A DNA stretch of 64,000 bases from Candidatus Undinarchaeota archaeon. GTDB lineage: Archaea; SpSt-1190; JASMDC01. A model generated the notes under the pieces. That model was not told the DNA's origin, did no database searches, and saw nothing but the letters and a program-made list of their open reading frames with translations. Positions within the stretch are counted from its first letter, which is position 1. Each line of letters begins with the position of its first letter. Positions 38,668-48,500 of the stretch are shown here, piece after piece. The DNA is taken from assembly GCA_964519305.1 (NCBI GenBank), contig CAZFHY010000005.1, forward strand, positions 1 through 64,000, in the 5' to 3' direction. The position numbers were made by a program, and so were the translations under genes.

Positions 38668-39131
38668 CTCCAGTCCTGAGTGTCAATGCACAGATGCATG
38701 GTCTTCCCTATGCAACGCATTCGGAGGCTCCGCTCATATACGATCTTGTTCGACGATGGACGGAAGTGGAGCGGGGCATAGGCCTCGTAAGGTCCGAAGT
38801 ACTGCATCTTCGTGTCGTACACTACATGCACGTAGAAGCGGACCGGCCCGATCTCCGCCTCCCGCAACTCGTAGGTGTACATGGAACCGTCACAAGTGAT
38901 GGTCTTGTTGAGCCGCCCTATTGCGAAGTACGGGTTCATGGCGGCAGCCACGCGCTCCGCCTCATCGACAGCGCGCTGCTCGAGGGTCTCCTCACGACGA
39001 TCGTTCCGATGACCCATGAACTGAGCGGCGAGCGCACTGATGAGCACCATATAGATGGCGAAGATGGTCATGAGCTCCAGCGCCACCTGGCCACGACATG
39101 ACCTGAGATCGCGTCCCCTAATCATCTTCAT
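38655..39131 (-). CDS. Class III signal peptide (type IV pilin-like) protein
   Basis: RG|QVALELMTIFAIYMVLI (Gln +1, Glu +5); start may be 39125. Confidence 0.8.
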   Translation of the reverse strand: MKMIRGRDLRSCRGQVALELMTIFAIYMVLISALAAQFMGHRNDRREETLEQRAVDEAERVAAAMNPYFAIGRLNKTITCDGSMYTYELREAEIGPVRFYVHVVYDTKMQYFGPYEAYAPLHFRPSSNKIVYERSLRMRCIGKTMHLCIDTQDWRCGP

Positions 39132-39660
39132 CCTCCTGGGGTACGCCACCTTCTGCGAATAACCGCACACGCCCGTGACGACATTGCACCTTGAGCTGGA
39201 CTGATCCGCAGATTAGGTTGCCGCAGGTGACCTCCATCTTATATCGCTCCGCGGGCTCATCCTTCCATTCTCCCACGGACGATGCACTGAAATGTCGCCC
39301 ATTGACATAGGCAGAACCGGTCGGCGGTGCCGGATCGAACTGGGAGCGAGGTACCTCCACCTCTATCCCCTGCACCCGCCCGCTGCCGAAATCCTCTTCA
39401 CGGTAGCGGACGGTGATATGGCGCGACCATGTATAGACCTGGAGGTGCTCGGTGTTGTGTGAACCACCGTCACAAGCGTGCTCCAGAGAGAATGCGAGCT
39501 TGTTCGCGATGATCTGCGCCCGCTTTGCTGAGTTCCGGTCCGCAAGGCGCTGGTTCTCCATCTTGGCCGTGAACAGAAGCATGGAGAACATCACGAGCAC
39601 CGCTGACATGAGCGCAAGTGTCTCGAGAGGGACCTGACCCCGCCTCACGCGCGCTGTCAT
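39118..39660 (-). CDS. Class III signal peptide (type IV pilin-like) protein
   Basis: RRG|QVPLETLALMSAVLVMF; GGAGG SD; ATGA overlap with the upstream gene. Confidence 0.82.
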   Translation of the reverse strand: MTARVRRGQVPLETLALMSAVLVMFSMLLFTAKMENQRLADRNSAKRAQIIANKLAFSLEHACDGGSHNTEHLQVYTWSRHITVRYREEDFGSGRVQGIEVEVPRSQFDPAPPTGSAYVNGRHFSASSVGEWKDEPAERYKMEVTCGNLICGSVQLKVQCRHGRVRLFAEGGVPQEDEDD

Positions 39661-42542
39661 GTCGCACCTCCCGCAATCTTGCTCACTACGACCATACCCT
39701 GACCTGACTGCCCTGAGGTAATGGGGAGGCTCTGACACCTCACACCGATGGTACCCATCCCCTTGAACACGAGATCGAAGGGCTCGGTCCGTTCCATAAA
39801 GGTGATGGGGACAACTGACGATGCCAAAGGATCATATGCATCGAACCGCTTGAATCCTTTCTCACGACGTACTTCAACAAGAGAGTCCTGGCCGATGTCA
39901 AGGTCTATCGTCTCGAAGATCTCCTCTCCTATGTAGAACTGGTACTCGGTCCCTGTACCCCATTCAGTCGCAGGGAACAGGACGCTTTTACTTAGACCCG
40001 CACCGATAGGGGCCTTAAACCGTGCGTTCCAACCGTCAGCGTTGCCCCCGGTCTCACATGTGTTCTGATTCAGCCGGCTGAGGATATAGCAGGCCCCCGC
40101 TCCAGCATTGGCATCCGGATCCCAGAAGCCGTCACCCTTGGTGCATAGGCGTTCGCTGTTCAGGGAAGGATATATGCAGCGTGGCGGATCGTCCGCCGGC
40201 CACACTCCGTTGGCGGTGCAGGCCCAGAGGGACCGGTCCCCGGTCAGGACATCTGTAGGCGTCTTGCACGTACCGTCATCCGACACGACCGTGAGCACCT
40301 GCTCGTCCCTGTTGACGAAGGAGGTCCGTCGCAGTTCCCTGGGACTGTTGAGCTGCTCGGCGCCGAGCATGACTTGGCTGAAGACCGTGCTAACAGTCAG
40401 GATCACGTTCTCATCATCACCAAGACGGAACTTGTATGTCCCGGGATGCGGGAAAGGCACCTCGACCACATCGTCCGGTTCGAGGTCCAGAGAGAGTACC
40501 GGGGCCCACATCACGTTCTCATCTTCCTCGATGACGCATAGGTCCTGAGTTACCCGAAGATTATCAATACAGCCCTGCTCGTCATGCCAGTGGTAGTAAC
40601 CATCCTGCGTCCAAGTCCCGCTGGCCGACCCACATGCATCCCGGGTGAACTCACAGCTATCAGTGAAGCTATACCATGTCCCATCGGCATCCTCGCACGT
40701 CGTCGGAGTTAGCACGCATCCTAGCAGTTCCTCCCACTTGCCTCCGATGTCCTTGCACGTCTCCTCGATGAACGTGCACGAGCCGGGACCTACCTCGCAC
40801 TCCTCTTGTGAGCCCACGTCGGAGAGCGTGCAGAAATCGATGGGGAGACCCTGATCGTCCTGCGGATCGTTCCACTCACCGTTGAGTGAGCAGAGGCTCT
40901 CAGCGGTGTCTACTTCGTTGGAGCATCCATACTCCTCGGATACTACGGATGCTGACGTCACGTCGGGATTGCGGAAGACGATGACGCCGCCCACGGGTAG
41001 ATCGAGGACCGATGTTGGATCGAACATCAAAGGATGGACATCGACGTCGCGGGTATCCACATATACCTCGAGCACGTCGTCAGGAACGACATCGGGATCG
41101 CCTGCGATACTGAAGCGGTGGACGCCCGATACTGTGAAGGTCACCACGTCGCTGTCCACTCCACATGTTAGTATTTCCTCGTTCCATGCACCATCAACGT
41201 CCTCACAGTCATCGGAGGACAGGATAGCTGCAAGAACTGGGTTCTTTGGGAGGTAGATGCGGTCGTACTCGGAAACCCACCCTCCGTCGTCGCGCTCGCA
41301 GACCTCACGAGAGACAGCACGCTCGGCGATATGACAACCGGCACCGTTCACTTCTTCTCCACCACTGTCCGTGCACAGGTCGGTCACATCGCATGTGGCC
41401 GTACCGGCGTCCCACGAACCAGCGGTTCCTATGAGCACATCGCAGGCATCCTCGGTGCCTATATCAGCGAAGAACACGCACAGGTCCACGCCATCGGCCC
41501 CTGCGCCAGGTCTGTACCGTCCTGCACGGTCACGGACAAGCGCGGGATCGCCCGCCCCGCAACGGTCCTGGCTCACGGCACGATGGGGCAGGTTGCACAC
41601 GGTTCCATCGTCACCGAGGTCTACGATCTCCCCACCCACGGCCACGCACGGAACGCGGATATTGCACATGGGCTCATCGCCTTCGACCCACTCCCCGCCC
41701 ATGGTCTCGCACGATTCCTGCGTATCGAGACCGTCGAAGAACACGCACAGGTTACCGGCTTCGCCCGCTTGCATGTAAGTCCCCTGGAGCCCGCACATGG
41801 GCTCGCTGTCGCCGTAGTCGCTTGAACACTTGCCACTTTCGGACACGATCCTGATGCCGCAGGAGCCGCTCTCGTCATGCCAGGCACCCCCTGCATCACG
41901 ACAGGCAACCGGCGTCATATCGCAGCCGCCGAGATCGTTGTTCCACACACCATGCCCATTCCCACACCCTGTCCGGGCAAGCTCGCATGTGTTATCAGCC
42001 TCTGTCCATGTGCCGCCCGCGGCACGACACTCGTCCTCAGCGAGGGTGCAGTCCAAAGGATCCCCCTCCCAGGCACCGCCTGCGACAAGGCATGCACGCT
42101 CGGCGAGCTCGCAGACACCGTCTGCACCGTTCCACGTTCCCCCCGCGCCAACCTCGCACGCCGCTTCGGTATCAAGGTCGGCGAACCAGTCGTGGCTCTC
42201 GATGATGACACGGTCGTTCAAAGATAGATCCGTGATCCGTGCTGGCCAGAACCCTTCACGCAGTAGCTGGACATTTCGTACCTTGGCCGTTGCGTGTATG
42301 CGTGTATATGGAGCCGCGGGGACCTTCACTTGGACCATGTCGGGGGTCGCTGGTTCACACACGGTCTCGATCGCCGAAGCGAGCTCGTACCCCATGGCGG
42401 TCATCTTCTTCTCGTCTGCGAGGCGGTCGAAGGAGATGTACTTGAGCTGTGCCTGATAGAGCACGTAGCCGAACACCATGAATATGGCAGTGGCAAGGAC
42501 CATGAACTCCAGTGCGACCTGACCTCGGAAGCGCCTCCTCAC
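39657..42542 (-). CDS. 961-aa class III signal peptide pilin-like protein with many Cys/Trp repeats
   Basis: FRG|QVALEFMVLATAIF; tandem C..AGG.W.....C repeats; GTGA overlap and GAGGTG SD. Confidence 0.85.
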   Translation of the reverse strand: MRRRFRGQVALEFMVLATAIFMVFGYVLYQAQLKYISFDRLADEKKMTAMGYELASAIETVCEPATPDMVQVKVPAAPYTRIHATAKVRNVQLLREGFWPARITDLSLNDRVIIESHDWFADLDTEAACEVGAGGTWNGADGVCELAERACLVAGGAWEGDPLDCTLAEDECRAAGGTWTEADNTCELARTGCGNGHGVWNNDLGGCDMTPVACRDAGGAWHDESGSCGIRIVSESGKCSSDYGDSEPMCGLQGTYMQAGEAGNLCVFFDGLDTQESCETMGGEWVEGDEPMCNIRVPCVAVGGEIVDLGDDGTVCNLPHRAVSQDRCGAGDPALVRDRAGRYRPGAGADGVDLCVFFADIGTEDACDVLIGTAGSWDAGTATCDVTDLCTDSGGEEVNGAGCHIAERAVSREVCERDDGGWVSEYDRIYLPKNPVLAAILSSDDCEDVDGAWNEEILTCGVDSDVVTFTVSGVHRFSIAGDPDVVPDDVLEVYVDTRDVDVHPLMFDPTSVLDLPVGGVIVFRNPDVTSASVVSEEYGCSNEVDTAESLCSLNGEWNDPQDDQGLPIDFCTLSDVGSQEECEVGPGSCTFIEETCKDIGGKWEELLGCVLTPTTCEDADGTWYSFTDSCEFTRDACGSASGTWTQDGYYHWHDEQGCIDNLRVTQDLCVIEEDENVMWAPVLSLDLEPDDVVEVPFPHPGTYKFRLGDDENVILTVSTVFSQVMLGAEQLNSPRELRRTSFVNRDEQVLTVVSDDGTCKTPTDVLTGDRSLWACTANGVWPADDPPRCIYPSLNSERLCTKGDGFWDPDANAGAGACYILSRLNQNTCETGGNADGWNARFKAPIGAGLSKSVLFPATEWGTGTEYQFYIGEEIFETIDLDIGQDSLVEVRREKGFKRFDAYDPLASSVVPITFMERTEPFDLVFKGMGTIGVRCQSLPITSGQSGQGMVVVSKIAGGAT

Positions 42543-44233
42543 GGACAGCACCTCTTTCCGTTGCATGTGCGCATAGCGCGCCTGATGAGCGGGTATGCCC
42601 GCAGTACGCGCAGGAGACACTCGTCGTCGTCGGGACACCTTGTGAGGACCTGATACCCGGAATCGATATACGCATCGTCCGTGGCCCATTTGTGCATGAT
42701 GCTGGTGAAATTGTGGATGCCCCGCTGGTCCGGGAGGTCCTCGGCCAGTACCTGGGCAAGAGTTATTATGCTCCCGTCGGCCAGGTTGACATCGTGGTAG
42801 TCCGTAGGATAGAAATCTGTGGCTTCCATACGGCAGGCGATATTGTAGAAGGCCCATACGTCGAAATCAGCGAGATGATAGTCGCACGCAGTCTCTCCCG
42901 ATGACTGGTACTCATCGCCCACTCCCAGATGGACGGGAAGCTTCGTCACCATGTTACCATCCTCGTCAAGGAGCTCCATCTCACCGTCGTACATGGCCGT
43001 GGGTAGAAGGCTGCTCAGTCCGCTCTCCACGATGGTCTGGGAGGTGCATCGGGAGCGCATGACGACGCCCTCTGCTGCGGCGAACGTGTCGGGGTCGTTA
43101 CCGTCGATATCCGGGGAGTAAACGCATGGATAGCAGGTGTCGACGGGGTATATCTCGTCGTAATCGTTCCTACCGGGCGAACACGCTCCGCAGGGTGTTC
43201 CTTCTGCCTCCTCTGGCTCCTGGACTCCGCTGTAGAGACCGTACCAGCTCTGAGGATAGGTGCGTCCCGTATCCTCGTCCACAGCGAAGAAACCATCGAT
43301 GTACTCGTCATGGTCAGGGTCCGTGTACCGCGAGCATGTGTTGCTTATATGGACCCCGAACGTCCGGCGAAGGATATCCCGCGGGTCCGGTGGTTCTGCT
43401 CCTTCTTCAGCTTCCCCCCCATCGAGCTCACAGAACTCCTCGAAGGAATGGCCTCGAGGTATACCATATGGGCCGAGCGTCGTATGGTCACTGAGCACGC
43501 ACATCCCGAGCTCCACTGCTGCACAGAGCGACCGGGCAGGACCGCAGGCCTTCCCCGCCTCCCGTGCGTACGTGGCGAGGTTCTGCATGTCCACCGCATA
43601 GTCGAGGTTGACGTCCGGCAGCTCCATATCACAGCACCCGAGGTTGTACCCCGTCTGGATAATGAAGGTACCGAACTGCTCGATATCGATCTCTTCAAGT
43701 GTGAGCACGGGCTCGGGATCGGTCTCGGGCGGTGGTGGATCGCCCGGTTCGGTAGGTGCTGCAGCGTCGTCGGATGGTTCGAACCGTAGCCTCAGCCGCG
43801 ACATGGTCCTGAGACGAGCGGCCATCTTACCCTTCCAATCGTCATCACCGGGACCATCGATCAAGGGGGGATATTGGGCACGGACGGCTCCGATGACGGG
43901 CGAGTTTTGACTGGGACAGTTCGTCCCAGTATTCATGAGATCAAATCGATTATTGAGCATGAGTTGCAGGTCCACGATACTGTGGCCGAAGAGCTCGCCA
44001 GGCACTCCGCTCCAAGCACCGACAGCAGCATATCCGCCATCGACGAGCCCTATCTCGAGGGCGGTCTTGTGATACCGGAGGAGATTGATGGCAGCGCGCT
44101 CTTCAAGGTCGATGGTGGCCCGCGCCGAGCGTGCCTGGTTGATCGTAGCTACTTCCAGGACACCGTACGCGATGACGATGAATATAGCCAGAGATATGAA
44201 CCCCTGCTGCTCACGTCGGTCTACTCGCGCCAT
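42539..44233 (-). CDS. Class III signal peptide-like Cys-rich protein
   Basis: RREQQG|FISLAIFIVIAYGVL; acidic, Cys-rich body; overlaps both neighbours. Confidence 0.72.
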   Translation of the reverse strand: MARVDRREQQGFISLAIFIVIAYGVLEVATINQARSARATIDLEERAAINLLRYHKTALEIGLVDGGYAAVGAWSGVPGELFGHSIVDLQLMLNNRFDLMNTGTNCPSQNSPVIGAVRAQYPPLIDGPGDDDWKGKMAARLRTMSRLRLRFEPSDDAAAPTEPGDPPPPETDPEPVLTLEEIDIEQFGTFIIQTGYNLGCCDMELPDVNLDYAVDMQNLATYAREAGKACGPARSLCAAVELGMCVLSDHTTLGPYGIPRGHSFEEFCELDGGEAEEGAEPPDPRDILRRTFGVHISNTCSRYTDPDHDEYIDGFFAVDEDTGRTYPQSWYGLYSGVQEPEEAEGTPCGACSPGRNDYDEIYPVDTCYPCVYSPDIDGNDPDTFAAAEGVVMRSRCTSQTIVESGLSSLLPTAMYDGEMELLDEDGNMVTKLPVHLGVGDEYQSSGETACDYHLADFDVWAFYNIACRMEATDFYPTDYHDVNLADGSIITLAQVLAEDLPDQRGIHNFTSIMHKWATDDAYIDSGYQVLTRCPDDDECLLRVLRAYPLIRRAMRTCNGKRCCP

Positions 44234-45522
44234 ACGCACACCTTCACCGTGACGATCTGCGGACAAGCCAGGGGTTGGACCTGTGGTGAATCGAGGGCTT
44301 CACCGCAACTGTTCCGGTCCAGATTGAGCCCGCACAGCATCACCTCTCGCTCCACACAGTACACGGTCCTTGGGGGTATTTGCTCAGGGATGTGGCAGGA
44401 GCAGAAGAAGCCGAAAGGATTGTCGCAGTCGTTACTGGGATCGTCATCGTACCTACTGTTGTCGAAGCATCGTCGGAACTTGATGAACCGGGAAGGATCG
44501 TCATCGTCAGTGATATCATTAATGCCATTAGGCAGGTTGAGTACGGTATCGATTATGTCCCTAGAGTGGTCCGCTATACTCTCTGCGCCTTCCAACGCTT
44601 CTCTTACAGTGCGCGCAGCATAGGTACGGGGTGTCGGCGGATTCGCCTCGGGAGGATCCTTCTCGGGAGGGAACACCTCGGGGAAGAGCTTTGGCAATAG
44701 CCGATCCAGCTCGCGGTCCTCGGCCATCTGGTCAGGCGTCGCTAGTTCAGGATTGTCCGCGAAAAAGTTGATACCATAGGTGCTCACATACCTGATGGTG
44801 GGATCCTCGGCGTCCTCGTTGATACTCTGTTCGAACCGTCCGAGGCTGGGCGGGTCCATGCGCCATTCGGTGGCGTAGCCCAGGGGGGGATCTGGTGTAC
44901 AGTCATCACTGGTCGTGATGGTCATGAGAACGCATTCTCCTTCACCGGCGTCCCACGCGGCACCGTTGGCGTCGTAGGGTGGGACCTCGCAGGTCCCAAG
45001 ATCGATCACGTCCGCTTCCGTGACCACGCATCGCGGATTCGGGTCCTCAATCTCAACGAGGTCCTGGCGGGCATAGCCGAGGTACTGCTGGAACGCACCT
45101 GCCCGTGCGTCATCGATCTCTCCTGCATCGATGGCCTCGCGATTGGACTCGTACCACGCAGCGTAGCTCATACCGCCAGCACCGTCGTCCACCGCATCCG
45201 GCAGCAACCCCAGTAGCCACGGGTCCTCGTACTGAATATAGAACCGATACGCCGGGTACATACCGGCGATCGTGTCCAGTGCCATGCTCCCGCAGCTGCG
45301 TTCGGGCGGGAACGCGAATGGGCAGCTCTGGACATGCTCGGCCGACTGGCTGCAGGCGTTGATTATGTCATGGGCAAGACGCTGGGCGTTGAGCGCCTCT
45401 GCGTTGGGATAAGGAAAGTGATGGACCGCGACCGACGATAGGATGAGCACCGATAGCGTCATGGTGAGAAGGGCGTCCATCGTGAATATGAATCCCGCAC
45501 GCTCACGTCGCTCCACGTTCAC
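44221..45522 (-). CDS. Class III signal peptide pilin-like protein
   Basis: RAG|FIFTMDALLTMTLSVLIL; Cys/Trp module; C-terminal VKVCVWRE. Confidence 0.8.
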   Translation of the reverse strand: MNVERRERAGFIFTMDALLTMTLSVLILSSVAVHHFPYPNAEALNAQRLAHDIINACSQSAEHVQSCPFAFPPERSCGSMALDTIAGMYPAYRFYIQYEDPWLLGLLPDAVDDGAGGMSYAAWYESNREAIDAGEIDDARAGAFQQYLGYARQDLVEIEDPNPRCVVTEADVIDLGTCEVPPYDANGAAWDAGEGECVLMTITTSDDCTPDPPLGYATEWRMDPPSLGRFEQSINEDAEDPTIRYVSTYGINFFADNPELATPDQMAEDRELDRLLPKLFPEVFPPEKDPPEANPPTPRTYAARTVREALEGAESIADHSRDIIDTVLNLPNGINDITDDDDPSRFIKFRRCFDNSRYDDDPSNDCDNPFGFFCSCHIPEQIPPRTVYCVEREVMLCGLNLDRNSCGEALDSPQVQPLACPQIVTVKVCVWRE

Positions 45523-48500
45523 TCTTCCTCCTCCTCCTCTTCAGGAATGGGTACTATCAGAGCGCTGTCCAGCTCCTCCAGCGTTGGTGGTGGGTCCACA
45601 GGCGTAAGACAGGATGTGAAGCCGATGGAGTTGAAGAAATTATTACATAAGGAGGTCGAGATCGGCTCACGGACGGTGCAGTACGTCTCCATGTTCTCGC
45701 GCATGGAGATAGCCAGGTCCGCCAGCGGTGCGAAGCTGTTCTCGCCGTCCTCGTACGAGCACTCGAGCTCTGCTTGTGTCATGGGCGGGTATAGAGCACG
45801 TAGCAGGTAGTTGTCCTGATCTATACCGCACTGTGCGAGGTTCTCTGTGATCTCGCACTGGTCATCCTCATCAGGCGCCGGGTATGTGATAAGGTCATTA
45901 AAGAACACGTCCAGATCGCGTCCGAGACAGACGTTCTCCTCGCAGTCGCCGTGACCGGGAAGGGTGGCGAAGGTGGCGCACTCCTTTACGTTGTTGCACT
46001 CGCTCCCGGCCCGCTTCCCTAAGGCGCACCAGTGCGTGTTGACACCAGCAGTGGGATCGGGCTCTTCAGGGTTCAGGCAATAATAGGGTGTGGGGAACGA
46101 GCCGTCGTTGATGGCGGTCGCGTACTGGTCAGCGAGCCAGTAGCAGCAGTCATTGGCCGGCAGCTCGGACGTCGGCGCATCAGGATCATCACTACATATC
46201 ATCAGGTCCGATACGGTCCCCGTCAGATCATCGAACACCAGATCCCAGCCATCACCTAGAGCGTAGAGGATGGTCACCTTGCTGAGCGCCGATGTGTCGA
46301 TCGTTAAATCACAATCTCTAGAGGCCTGGTCCAGTTCGACGTTGCAATAATCGATTGCGTTAGGGAACCATCCGTCTGTGAGAGACAATGAGACACCGTC
46401 CTCGGTGCAGATGTCGCGGTCCCCGTTGTCGCAGACCACATCACCGTCATATACGGCAATGAACGAGTGGTAATCCCTGTCGATGGCCGGTTCGGACGTG
46501 ATCGTTGCTGTTAATTGGAATGAATTCGTGTTAGTGACATCGAACTCCTTTACAGCGACACCGGTCCACTGGGCCGACATATGCTCGCACTTCAATCGTA
46601 TCTCTGACCTTATTGCCAGGTTGCCCCAGGAGTTGCAGGGATAGGAAGCATCGGCACCGAAGTAGACATCGAAATCCGTCAGGTCAGGATAGGAGCAACC
46701 CTCAACGCCCACGCTGTCGCAGCATGAGAAGGGCGGGGGCTGTACCATGTGGCCCTCGCAAATGGCGGTCTCGTCACAGTCCTCCGCGGGCAGGAACAGG
46801 GCGTGAGTGCATCCCTGGAAGCAGTTATCTGCAAGGTCGTCAAGGTCCCGGCATTGCGTATCGGGGCAATCGGACCCGGGACAGTCCGGATCGAAGCAGT
46901 CGGTGGCCACGCAGTCGGCGTTCGGGTCGTCCAGGTCATCAGTGAGACTGAACACACGACAGAACTTGCAATGATCCGCCTCCGAGCCGGGACAGCACAT
47001 CCCCAGATCGAGGTCGATGCACATGGATGATCCATCGCACTGATGGGTCCGGTTCCCTTCGTCCCCCCACCGCTCAGCAAGTTCCTGCTGGAACAGACTG
47101 TCGTCTATCGAGTCCGGTGCCCATGGATCGTTCACGGGATCGGGCGCCATGGCGTTCATCTCATCTGAGTAAGGAGCGCGAATGACATATGGCAGGTCAG
47201 TTTCCTGGCACGCGTAGACACGGGGAAGCTCGTCCTCGTCGGTCCCGAGGATCGTCCGCGTCACGATTTCCAGGGTCTCAAGGAACTCAGTAGCACAGCA
47301 CTGGCCGTCCTCACCCGGGAGCCCGTCATCGATCTCCTCGGCGATGAGCGTGGCATTGAGATTCACGTAATACGATTCTTTCTGAGCCCGGTACGTTGGG
47401 TCCAGAGGGTCCCCTCCTGCGTCAGCAAGGACCTGAAGGGTGACGTCCTCGAACTCCTGTGGATGGACGCAGGAATACCACGCTCCGCCCATGCAGTAGT
47501 GGTAGCGATAATCACGGTCATCGTTCCATCCAAAACCCGGTGGGTCCTCGTCTATGCGGCCATCGCCATCGTCATCTACATCGTTGTCGGGGTCCTCATC
47601 GTAGAGCGGGAATATCGCGGTCCCCGCGAGCGTGTCTTGGACGCCATTGGCCCCATCGCTCAGGACCTCTTCTGTCCCATCATAAAGTCCGTTATCCCCG
47701 TCATCGGTGGCGAATATCTCGTCCACGCCAGGATCGAAAACTTCTGCCGTCCCCCCTGGTTCGTCTCCGAAGTAATCGGTATCTGCGGGACCGAACACGT
47801 CCGCTATGTTCTGCGTGAGCGTCGTGTCCGGGAGGCACATGGGCAGCGGATCGCCGAACCACTCCACATCGAAAGCGAGCCCGGCGCAGTCATCCTCGAC
47901 AATAATCCCCGGGACCACGCAGTGCAGGAAGCCTGCATCCCACTGGCCATCGTAGGGTGCGCTCTCACAGGTCTCCCGGTCCTCGACGGCCTCGGTGTCC
48001 GCGAGGATGCAGCGGGGATCGGGGTCCGCGCACGTGAACTGTAGCAGCCGGAGATGGTCGGGATCGGTATAGGCGTCCAGAGAACTGTTCCACGAGCAGC
48101 GGGAGAACCCACCACATCCCACGTCTTGTCGATCGCATGTCGCGGTATGTGCATCGGCATCGTAATTGCATCGCTGGACGCGCCACACGCTGTTCTCCTC
48201 CGCGTCCAGCCGGCACCGGTCGCAGTTCTTGCTGAACGTATCAGCACCCTCAGCGTCAAGCATTACGCGACATTCATCGAGATCGTCGGGATCGTTGTCA
48301 GGATCGTTGCATGCGTAGTGCCACTGAGCATCCTCCAAACACTCGTCCTCGACCTCTAGGTCCTCAGGGAGCGGGAGGGGCTCGTCCGAGCAAACGACGG
48401 AGCCCGAGGCCATTTCGACATCACATCGTGCGTCCCGGGCAACGCCGCTGATAGAGCAGTACTGACAGGTAATACCGCCGTTCTCGCCCTCCAAGTCTTC

